Origin: Phallusia mammillata
Lineage: Eukaryota
Assembly (NCBI GenBank): GCA_965637545.1
Contig: OZ281496.1
Location: 25,048,001-25,112,000 of the forward strand
Length of the DNA: 64,000 nucleotides
Direction: 5' to 3'
Under the pieces are notes generated by a model. That model saw only the letters and a list, made by a program, of their open reading frames with translations, did no database searches and had not been told where the DNA came from. Numbering within the stretch: position 1 is the first letter of the stretch; the number at the start of each line of letters is the position of its first letter. Both the position numbers and the translations under genes were made by a program. Of this stretch, positions 1 to 12,000 are shown piece after piece.

Positions 1-32
1 TGAAAGATGATGGTTCTGCTCTGTCACTTTAC

Positions 33-3000
33 CTGCTTAATCAGTGTGGTAATGTTCATTAGTTTAGAGTAGGTCGCCCACTGGTTGATCTTGTTGTAAA
101 ACGAATCCATGAAAAGGATGGGAATGTTGAAGCGAGCAATCTCTGGTCCCACAGTTTCACCCTAAAACAAAGGCAATATTTTGTCTACAATCGATAGCAC
201 AAAATAATATACCAGTTGTAGAGCATTTTTAGTTGTTTTTCAAATGTCCTACATCAACTCTATGTGTAATTTTACCTCCATCTCGTTGCAAATGCATGGC
301 ATTGTCATAGCAGTTGGTGTCGTCCTTTCTGCTTGGCAGCGAACGGTTCGGCCATTTGGCATACCTACGTTGGCGGTCATGCCCATCAAGGCGTTATTGT
401 CGTTCATTTCCATCGTCATGGTGATGTCGTATCCTCCCATCGACCAATGGAAGTGCAACGGGCGCATAGGAAGACTGTCAACCAATACAGAAGTAATGCG
501 TGGTTCAACAGGTTATGCTAAAAACTCTCAGATGGAAGTTCACAATAAATTGCCCTTTTGAACAAATAGAAAGTCATTTATCTGCTGGACTCACCGTGCT
601 GTAAAGGTCAGTGTCGATGTCATGATTGGACTTGTGCATGACAAGGTGGCAATTGATCGGTTTCGTGCGTCTCTTGTCAATCTGAGTTCAAATGTGGCCA
701 GGGGACGATCGCATCTATACAAACCAATTGATGTATTAATGCGATGAAATTTCGATTAGTCAAAGCATAAGACAGGCCTTTTTTGCCAAAATCCCTACAA
801 CTTTTTGTTTCAAAGTATTTTAAAGTGTTGACATAATAGATTACATTGACAAGGCACTACTCCTTTTAAATAAAACTTTAACGGGGACGGTTCCGTTGGT
901 ACGACTAAGATTAGTTTGACCTGAACTCTTTTAGGTGATGTAAGTGCGTTTCAAATTTCAGCTTAATACCACTGTTATAAATCTCTCTAAATTTTCTGTA
1001 TTTGATTTGAGAGGTCTTACTTAGGGCATGTAACTTCCACTCTGAATACATCGTCGTGGTTGATACTCTCCATCGAAAATCTTAGGTAGTCTTTGCTCAG
1101 ATACGTGGCAATATTACTTGTATATGGCTCAATCAAATCGTAGTAGGGCTTCATGTACAAGTTAACGCGATGCATGGCTTGGTTCACTGCAGAGATTACA
1201 AGGTTGATGTTAAATGCTTTGTTATAATAGTAGAAAATGTTCAAATAATTAAACATACCTATTTCGGGATCATAACTCTTGTTCCATCTTTCAATCAACT
1301 TGTTGTTTTCGGCACACAAGTATGAAGATAGACGGGTACATAAGTCCGGATCATTTACATGGAACCTCTGTTATTAGATAATTTGTTAGTATATCTATAA
1401 GATAAGCTTTGGCGCTGTAATATCTATGAAGCAATAAGTTAGGTCCGGCGGTGGGGTATAGCTGGTTCGCACAGGTTCTATAGATCCGTCTCATGAAATT
1501 TTATGAGATCAGCGAACCGGTTAGCATTACTGGTTACCATCAATGGACTTTTTGTAAGAGAATTGACTGAAAAATATGACTTTTGTGACAGAACCCACTG
1601 GGAAGAAAATTGAATTCCACCACTGGTTAGGTTACTTGTATAAGCTGAAAAATGAAAACGACCTAGGACTAACCGTTCGTAAGGTTTCCGCGATCCAAGT
1701 TTCGTCCAGGCAATGACTGTAATTGAATGTGAAAAGGAATCTCATGACTTTCAGCCAGTCAGCATTTGGCATGTCATATCCGATCACATAACTTGCGTCC
1801 AACCGCCATTCAGCCACAGTCACTGGTCGTGGTGGTGCCTTACCAGAAGGTGGCTGAAAAATAATATATTACCAACCACCTGATAAACAGGGCCACATAA
1901 CTTTATGTCGACTTCAACTATATACACACAACGAAACATGCGTTTTATGTAGGGTGTTAATTTAACTGTATCCGTACCTCAGTTCTGATGCAAGTAAAAG
2001 CCAAGGTGTTTTCGACCGCTGGAACTGGAGTACCGGTGCACTTGTACAGTGTATCGTTATCGGTATACGTCATCCTCACAGTTCTGACATTTGTAGTTGC
2101 GTCTGTTTCGTATCTGATGTCGACACCTTGGGCGTTGTCTGGCAGGCCCACTACCAGTTGATTCAGAAGCGCTGATCTCGGAGTCAGATTCCAGGTGCTC
2201 TTTGTCCAGCAGAATATGTTGCTAACCATCAGGTCACATGACCAGGCTTCCCTGGGTACGGTGGTTCGAATAACCACAGAAGTTATGTGGTTTAACATCG
2301 GGTACCTGAAAAAAACGTAACCAAAGAAGTTGCTTAAAATCGGCAATGCATACCAGTTGAAACACTCGAAATGGCGGAAAATGTTGATTGTTTTTAAATA
2401 TATGTTGTCTTTGTTGAAAATTTCAGAAAAAACAATTCTTTTCAAAAGCAAAGCATGGAATGCAATGGTTCCCTTAATGGACCTTGTGGTTTGATAATGC
2501 AATATACGAAGGTAAAGGAATTACCTTTCAGTTGTAATCTCCCAACGGAGTCGAACTGGGTTCATGGTGTTGTCCATAATCATTGAAACGTTGAACATCA
2601 TCACAGAAGGTACACAAACAGCACAGGATCTAACATTGAGCATCCAAGTGTCAGTCGTTGGTTTCCTGTATTCCATATCAATGTCAATGGGAAGGAACTC
2701 CCTCATTTCTCCCATCGTTTCAAGCTGGAAGAGAATGTGGTTGACCATGAGGATGCCTGGGAAGTCAGTAATGACGTGGTGTTTGATCCTGTACAATGAG
2801 ATAAGTTTCATTATGAAATAGGCTATTGCTGCCAGGCATAATGTATAACAAAGTATTGCTCATCCAGCAGTTTTATTATAAATAATCGACGTTTCGACGT
2901 CCTATACAAGATGCCTTCATCAGGATAATGACATAACTTGCAGGACAAAATTCGTATATAGCGACAAAGTTTCATTATGTTTTAATCAACTTTGTTCTAA

Positions 3001-6000
3001 AAGAAGTACAAACACATTGCAAATAACTGTTGCTTCTGTTCATGTATTTTCCATGAACTATTTGGCAGGACAAATTTATCAGTTTTATATTTACTAGTTA
3101 AGTAACAAAAACTTGCCATGTAGTTGTAATTGTGTGTTCGCTCGTAAACGCCATGGTGGCAGGTGTCCACTCCCAGTTCATTATAGTGTTCCAGTGATTG
3201 AGAGTCATGTGGTAGGAACAGGTTTCGGCTGACATAGTAAGCGTGCTGTGCATTATCAGGTTGTCGGGCATAGAAGGTCCGTTCAGTTGCATATTAGTTG
3301 TTATTGTGCAACCCATACCGGCGCAATGAACGATCATGGTCATTTGAGAATGCTCCAAGGTCAGATCAAACATGCCGTTGTCCGGAACAAACCTTTTGAG
3401 AAGTGGAATTGCGCGAAGCACAGATGTAAATGGGACGTTAACGTCAACGTTTGATAGCTGCCACGTCGTGGGAATGCAAATCACGCTAACTTCCTCCAGG
3501 CAATCGGAAAGTGTAAGATCTCCGTTTAGAATCAATTCGTTCTCTGACGTTACGACTCTTACATTGTTGCTTCCCTTTACAGACGATGGGCTGTAGATTA
3601 CTTTGAATTGTGGAATGCTTCCTAGGTTCAGCGTTGTGGAAATGATATTTGATGTGCGATCTGCGGTTGGTGTCATTCTGATCCCGACGCTTGTTCTAAG
3701 GTCAATCGGCCACATCATTTCTGAGGTAAAGTTGTAAACTCCAGTGACAGCATTTGGATTGGTGTTCCATTCGACGTCCATATGTTCTCTAAACATGTAG
3801 ATTGGTTCACAGCCGGTTGCTGTGCGGCGGAGGATACTGAAGTCCGTAAGCACTGTCCAGTGGTTATCGTTGAATGTCCACATGGCATTTGACTTCATTA
3901 GTGGGAGATCTACTGTTGCATTAAGGATCATGCGCCGTGGGTCACAAATCTGAAGTCCGAATACATCATATGTCGCCAAGCACTCTGTGGATATTAACCA
4001 ATGTTGCGTAGTCGTCCATCTGTCACCGACTTGCATTGTTGCTGTAATTTCTCTGCCCGCTATTTCATTGTTGGGTCCAAGTGTCAATGAAATGTGGTAA
4101 GGCGTCGCATGTTCTGGTGACAAAAAGTACCACCGATATACTGTCAAATCAAAGGCTCCAGTCATGATTTTTGTGGTCGGGTCTGGCGCAAAGTTCGAAC
4201 GATACCGCGTCTTGATAACAGGCACCATCTTTCCAGTGTTTGGATTGGTCATTTCTATTGCCCAGGTCAGGTTTTCTTTTATTAAGGCAGTGGAATACAA
4301 CGCATTAAAATCCATGTCCATATATATTGTAGGCATATCCAAGTGTATCAAACTGCCAACAGTGATTTCCGCACCCGGAGTTAGAGCAATTTTTACGGTT
4401 ATCATCTTTCCGGCGATGTCCCTGATGTCGATGTTCCACTCGCCGCCAATCGAAGCTTCCGCTGATCCGACAATGGTAAAGTCGCACGCACAAGGGGTTG
4501 GAGCACCACAGTTGCATGTGCGAGTTAGGCGCATGTTTTGCATGTTGAAGCCTACCAAGCGCTGATCGATGTCGCGCAGTAGCCGTACAGTCATGCCTCG
4601 GAGTCTCCAGTCATGCCGCCAGGTAGTAAACTTGACATCGCGAACTGTGAGTTGATCTTTATTTACGTCGAAGTCCGCCATTACAAGCGCGTCCCTCGTG
4701 TCTGGGTAGCTATAAATAAAAAAATAGTGAATTGTTTTGGTCAGGGACTTATGCAACAATGTAACATCTTCTGTTCTAATCAATGCAAATAGTAACCGTT
4801 TGTTATAGTTTTACTAATTGGCATTTAAAATTCCTACTGTCCGATATTGCTTAATGGATTTACTTGGGGTTTTCTATGAAATTTAAATACTTTTTTAGTT
4901 TTACCTGAACGTGAGTCTTGCTCTAGTCGAATCAACTGCCAGGGAATAGCGGAGTGATGTTAGGGCGTTGCGCAATTGCATGCTTGACATAAGGGAAGTC
5001 GAAACTCGGTACTCGTTCCGTGTGATAAAGACAATGTTGTTTATCCCACATCCTTCACAATTCGACTGAATGTCAACTTTATAAATCGACGATGGCGCAA
5101 TGTGGATATCGTTGACCAAGGACCAAACTGGACGAGCGGTTTCATCTCTTCGACCTAGAGTGATTGTCGTTGCTCCTCGGAGAAACAAGGCGGTGTTGCT
5201 CTCCCTTGGCCCAGTGGTGTAGTTCATTACGATATCTGCGGCATTAGCAAATCGCGATACAACGTCGATGCGCTCCTCATTGGTTCGGGTTGCGTCGTAA
5301 TTTGCAAACATCTCAAGTGGGCCCAAGCATGTCCAACAGGTGCGAAGTGGCAAGACAGGCGATACTAATACGTTCCAGGCGCTTCCTTCCACAAATGGCC
5401 AGGCGTTGATTGTGGCGTTGATTTTCGTCGATAAAAGTCGTGCACGATCTTCTGTGAAGATGTTTACGTTCTCAAATAAGACCAAGCTGCTACAGGCACG
5501 GTAGTTCAAACGTATGATGTTTAGTTGACTAGATGCCGGTGCGGATGGAATGTGGTCTGGAATAACTGGATTGTTTCTGCCCTTGTAGTACCTGTACTTG
5601 TACGTTATCTTTCCTATGTTCATCAGCATGTCCAGGTCAGCGGCAACGTCGGGCGAAATGCGGTAGACACAGCGCCATGAACAGGGGTCGACGATTCCTG
5701 GGAGGCGAACAGACTCACCCTCCAAGTTCATTGACCTCAGTTCCCCCTCGTAAACCAGTGAGTTGGTAAACCGCGAAGGTGAGTTGAAGGTCACTGTCAC
5801 GCGAACATTTTCGTTGGGTGCCATATTCAAACTGGTTCTAAACAGAATCAGTGGAGTCTGGACGCCAATAAGCAACTCGTTATTGGCCCATGAGCAGTTG
5901 ACATTTTTGCTGTAGAAATTGCTGGTGATTACAAAAGTGGATGGTGAAAATGTAGCTCTAATATTACAAGGGGGATTAGGATTGGTCGCACTTCCGCACA

Positions 6001-9000
6001 GTACCCTTGTACTCAGGGTGCTTTCTGCCATAGCCAATTTTAGCATCAAGAGTGGCTCGCTGCTGGCAAGGCAATTGGCGTTAATGTTCCAGTTTCTGAG
6101 GGATGACATGCGTGCAATAACAGTGGTGTTGTATATTGCTTCTCCGGTCAACGGTCTGTATCTTAAAGTGCATCTTGGAATCGACATTGACATGGTGCTA
6201 GCGTCAACAGTTGTCCTGTAGGTGCAGTCAACTTCCAAGGGAAGGTTTTTGGTTGCCATAGACACAAAGAATTCTTCGTTAAGCGTGTAGCGAACTGCAA
6301 AGTCAACTGTACCTGTGTCTAGATTCACTTCCATGCGCATTGGACTGGGTTCTACCAGCATGCTGAACTCTGTTCTTATGGGAAATAACCTAGTTGGTCG
6401 TGGAAGTTCACTCAACCAGGTCATGCGTCTCCTACTTGCTGTTTGTTCATATGTAACCGCCACGTAGTCAATAAAAACCGACGGATCGTGTTTGCCATCG
6501 ATGACAACGCTTCCTTTTCTTGAGCTGCCCGATTTAATGTAGTCCCATCCAATGAAGGAGCACCGTGTCGACCTGTACACGTTCGCCTCTTCGTGGCCAG
6601 CGTAGTACACGCTGAAGTCTGGACAGTTGTTCATCTATTAACAAAGATAAAGAACCATTAAAGGAAATCCATTTCTGAGAGGGTGATCAGCACATGTATT
6701 TTTCAAAACTATTTTGAGGTGTTTTAAATTTTATTCAGTTTTAACAGTTATAAATTTTGCGCCGCTCAAATGCATGTGAGAAGGGCAGCTATGTCATGTT
6801 TTTATGTGAAATACACATTTACTGAACTTACACAGTAAAAAAGTCTCTTACCTGCCAAAGGCTGAAGTTTCTGTACATACAGGTCTCAGAAGCAGTGCAA
6901 ATTTCTGGGAATCGAGTAACAGGGACTGGTGCTTGAGTAAACGTTCCTTCCCATAAGGAATTCCGACCGTAGCTTAATGCAACATCATAAGCAAATCCGT
7001 TTGCTGGACTATTGGGCCGGGCGGTTACGTTGATGGCGAACGGCAACTCGATCACGTCGGTCCACATTGTTAACAACGAATTGCGGAGGTTCGAGTATTT
7101 GAAGTTAAATTTGCTTCGAAGTCGATGGAGCTTGGAGCCGGCGATAATCTCGTGTCTGAGATAAGTGTCAATTACTACCAAACCCTGGTGGTTGTGAACA
7201 AGTGACATCTCGTGTAAGTAGCCGCAATCTTGAGGTGCGAATTCAGTTAATTCTGACTTTTCCAGTTCCTTAAATTTATAGCTAAAGTCAGTTGTAAATT
7301 GGGACTCCAGCAAGGGCACGCATCGTGTACACAAGATGTTAGACGTAAAAAGGACGTTATTCCACACTTTAGCAGTTGGTGTCGCCAGGTTTGCAGAAAT
7401 TTCGAATCTTCTTTCGCCCACGTAGTACATTAAATTGACATTCCACTTTTTCTCGGGGACCTGCTCCTCGAAAGACTGCAAGATTCCGAACCTTAGATTT
7501 TCGTCGGTATAGAAGTGGTTAAGAAGGTTCACAATCTTGTCTGGTAGGTAAAGGTAGGACATCACTCCTCGGTTTATGTTCACGTCCATTTGCCAGTTAA
7601 AGATTCGAGCCTCCGAATCTAATAGACGGCTGTTTATGCGTAAGTTCGGTAGGTTGACATCAAGATGATGGCACTTTGCGCATCGGTTTGGTTTTAGAGT
7701 TAGATAAGCGTAGTATGAAAGGCTTGCAGGCAGTGACCAACGCAGTATAGGATGTCGCGATGCCGTTGTAGTTATATCCATTTTGAAGTAGGTCTCATCG
7801 TCCACGGTCTTGCAAGCTGATATTGCTAAGGTAACACAAGTGGGGTTGTACTCGGTATTTGTGTCCAAGATTCTCACCTCATTTTGCACGTTGCTCTCCA
7901 TTAAGGTATTGGGAAACATTTTTTCCGGGACAACGTATCTGGTGGTGGTGATAAGAGTTGTTGTGTTGGGCGACGTTATATCAATTTGCGTTTGCCATAT
8001 ATTGCAAGTAAGTGTAGCCTTCAGTGCAACTGAACTTGGAGCGCTTCTGGCAATGTCGTAGCGAAGGTTAACGAAGGGAACTGGTCGACCGTCACGGCGC
8101 AAGGCTTCAGCATGAAGAATGTTGTTACAATTTCCGGCAGTGTCGTTAACAGATCTGTAGTGCATGTTGATTTGGGTGAAAGGTACCATCGGGATGTTTA
8201 GAGAATCCACGGTTGCCTCCGTTAGGTATCCGCTCATTGTGCCATCAGTGACAGGCTTTGTTTTGATACTGAAGTGGCCTACTGATGGTCCTGGCGTTTC
8301 CAATAGCCCCTTGTTTAACTAAACAATAAAGCTTATTTAGGATTTAAAGTTTAATAATGTGGGTTGTTAATACGGAAAGACACAATTTTCTACTGTTTTC
8401 ACTCTTTTAACGAAATATTTAACTATTCATTAACGCTTGTTTACATGTCATTAAAAGAGGTTAAAAATCAAACTTGTTTCACAAGGGGTTGGTAATCTTT
8501 TGCATAAACTTTAAATTTGCTTTCTCCAACCATTATGGTTTTTTTTAATTTTCAGAGCTGTGGAACCTTCGGCGGTTCAAACGAGCCCAGGTTAGAGAGT
8601 GCTCTAATATGTTTTAAGATATACTTTTAATGTGCAACTGACGAGTTATGTGAGGTTACCTGTACTCTAGCAGTGTAGCTGGACAAACTACTGGATTCGC
8701 TCTTGACCAAACCTTTTGCTGAGTAGTATCCTATTACCGGGAATTGGAATTTCCCAGTAACTGTGTAGGTGGTAGCTTCAGCTGTGTGCTGTAAATATAT
8801 CAGAATTCAACAAAAGGTTTGCGTTGTCGCAGGGTTTATAGTGAAGCAAACAGTTTTTTGGTTATGCCACGAACGTTGGAGACTGTAGTTATACTGATAA
8901 AACTAAATTCTAGTCATTTATTTCGACAAAATCGTGGAACCGGTTTGTATAAATTGCATTAAGGGTTTTGTACTTAAACTCAATGTTGGTGAAAGATCTA

Positions 9001-12000
9001 GCTTATCATAGGACGATTACAGGACAAATGACTAAAAAATGTCGTGGTGAATACGGAGAAACCTTGCACTCGCAATATGTCCGTTACAGTAATCTTAGTT
9101 CATGCCATACTTACGTGTGAAAAGTAACGGAAGAGTTCCAAAAAGTTGTTGTCCGGTGTAGATTGACGAGCAATCTTAAGCTCATTGTTGTACACGATGC
9201 TGCCATCTGGCCTTGTCACTTTTGCAACAGCAAGGTAGTAATCAAGTGGGCTATCGTTTACTTCTTCATCTACAAGCTGAACGGCCGACTTCAGGCTCAC
9301 TATCCAAGGTTGTCCACTGGAAAATGCGTATTCCCAGCGAACTTCGGACAGGGTTGGGATATATTTAACTGCCATCTTCAGACCATCGGCTATATCTTCC
9401 TCAGTTGGGTTGATGCTTCTTCCAAACTGAAATCACAACGTTCAGCTACTAAGTGCCAAAAAAGAAATGTATTTACCCAAAACAGTTCAACAAAGGCCTT
9501 TTGTCAAAGGAAATATGGCCATAGGAACAGATTTCAGGGTTTTGAAGATTCTAACGAGAAACAAACCATCAAATACATGCTTGGTTTTTTAATTCACTTC
9601 ATTTGAAAATGACACAAGTCGTCATGTTCTATACGGCCACTTTAGTTGTATTGCAAATTCAGATTAGCTGATAACTGATACATTAGATGTGTGGGGGGCC
9701 ACAAAGCCTTTTACCAAATAAATAATAATGTAGTAATTATGAATGAAGTATAAATGTGTCCAAAGCCCTGCTGGCTGTTGGTGTAAAAAAAACTTACCAC
9801 AAATTCCATTCCTTTGCTTTCCACGTTTTGTTCGTTTATGACTGTGTTGAGAAGTCCTGTGGCGATTCTCATCTTGTAGTAATAGCGCTGGTCACTTCGA
9901 AGGTAGAGACCGATGTCCATTGGGTTATTGTAACAGTTCTGCAAAACATGGATTTCTTTATATTCCCATTCTACTGTAAGTTTGAGTTGAATTCAGTTTA
10001 TTTCGCCTGATAAAAGCACATATCATATAGCGTGTCACAATGTCACCCAACGATCACCAAGCCGGAAATACTGGCGCAAAAATGTGAATTGGTGGATCAT
10101 GACCAAGCGCGCTGCCGCTACACCGTAATTTCATGCGATAGAAGCCTCAAAAGCATGGTAAGTTATTTACTTCCTCAAAATGCCGAACTTTTCCGATCGG
10201 TTTTGGGTTTGGGCTTAAGTTGGAATAAAACAGACTTGATTAGGATCTGACTTCGTACTCGGTCTCTTTTGTTTCGCAATTTTACCAGCTTTTGTGTATA
10301 ATTGTGCTTTCTGGTTTCGGTCAAGTTTAGGCACCAATTTCAAACCTTCTTGATACTCTGCTTTTGCTGCTATGTTATTGCACAACTTAAGGGATTTTAA
10401 CCGACATTTTGTAATCGCGTATCGCACTAATTACCTTGTACTGAAGATATGTGCCCCTGTTACAGTTACTGGAAAGGCAAGTTTCTGCACATTCACTGGC
10501 CCTTGGAATCACCTTTAAAACACCGTTCTTCACCGCCATTATGTTGGATCTGCAAACAAGATAAAACAAATCCAAAAGCAAACAAATGTTTTTTAAATAA
10601 CATGTCGATTTAAAGCAATGTTTGTTTCAATCTTTCAACAATTTGAATCATATTATATTTTCAATTTTGAAATGGTGGTCGTACTTACGTAATGCTTAGA
10701 AGTTCAGTAGACGCATGCAATGGTGCAACGTTAACCGACACCTGATTTGGTTCCACGTCGATGCTCACGCTGATGTCACTGCTATGGCCCGCGTTAAGCA
10801 AGTACCCAGCACCACAGGTTGCGCCTCCAGGGAATTGAATTTTGTGGCTCCATTCCATACTAGATCGTATGCTAAAAAACAAAGAGGCATAAATACTTGT
10901 ACATTTACACTACGGTTTATGTTGTTGAAAGCGTTTAATAGTCTTTGTTTGTAATGATAATAACGAAAGGCTGTTCTGCGGTTTCTTGGGCTTATGAAAT
11001 GGTGAGATTATAACAACGTAGGTAACACAAAATCTGGAATTATTGTCAGAATTTAAGACCTTTAGGCGGGTCCGAGGTTACTGCTTGTTTGAAATCAAAT
11101 AATCTGTACTCACAGTGGTTTGGCCTGAACAGACAAGGTGCCCCGGTTGTAAAGGAAGATGTTCCGAATTTGTGCAGTTACGCTTGAACGGAGATTGTAG
11201 TAGTAAGTAAGACTCGTGCTTTGTACATGCGGTAAGCCAATCGAAGTGGGAGAAGCAATGTCCATTCGCAAAGGTTCGTTGGCCTCCAAACTCCGATAGC
11301 TTTTGCCACTTTCAAACTCTTGCGATAGCTATAAAAAATCCATCAGTTTTTACTTTGCGACACGACTACCATTAAGCTACATTCCATCACTAACGACATC
11401 TTTAAAAGAAAGCAACAATTTCTGGTTTTAAACAAAATGAAGTGTTTGCTTTTTCGACTAAACTAGATAAGGCAAATTTAACTCAATGAAAATCTTTACT
11501 TCTCACAGTTAAAATATATTTTTTGAAATAATGTTGCGACAGTATTTTTCATGTTTTAGACACCTGTCATGTTTTTCATGGCTTTAAGTACTGTAAAAAA
11601 GGATACGCACCCTTACAGTGTAATTTTACAATCTAACGTTTGTTTGCACTGTTATCCAGGGTTATTTATGTAGTTATCCAGGGTTTATTTATGGGTTGCT
11701 GCCTAATGGGATGTCTTTTAAGCTTGTAATAGAGTAAATATTACACACAGCCTACCGTCCATAATTTCATGAGATTCATCTTACGAAGCCAGGGCATCTC
11801 AATCAGCCTGTTGAGGTCGATCTCCTTGTTCAGAAGTTTGACGTAGACTGGCATGCTACTTTGCATTTTCAGCATGTTGAACGCGACGTATGCCTGAAAC
11901 AACAACAAAAATCAACAACAAGTTTTATGTGTTCTAACTCTCGTTAATAACGTCAGAAAGGTATATTGACATTAGAAAATCCTTTTTTGAGCTTGAGTGT

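Noticed and set aside
4164-4565. + strand 133-aa ORF, and similar + strand ORFs at 244-561, 3248-3596, 5919-6221 and 7810-8061
   Set aside because: Antisense shadows of LLTP coding exons.
4905-6634. ApoB-48-type C-to-U editing site
   Set aside because: I saw no mammalian mooring sequence (UGAUCAGUAUA) near the equivalent position by eye; APOBEC1 editing is a vertebrate feature. Not exhaustively searched.
1017-9375. Tandem same-strand, intronless, unrecognisable ORFs resembling an endogenous DNA virus, Polinton or operon
   Set aside because: Every ORF is bounded by an acceptor and a donor with matching phase (e.g. CAG|GTAAGA at 6852 to TAG|ATG at 6634; AG|GTAAAA at 4905 to TAG|C at 4709). 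The apparent stops lie in introns, and the chain continues into clear LLTP exons.
10058-10117. Possible 60-nt symmetric cassette exon in a GC-rich LLTP intron
   Set aside because: The acceptor has no pyrimidine tract and the exon is not needed for frame; unsupported without RNA data.
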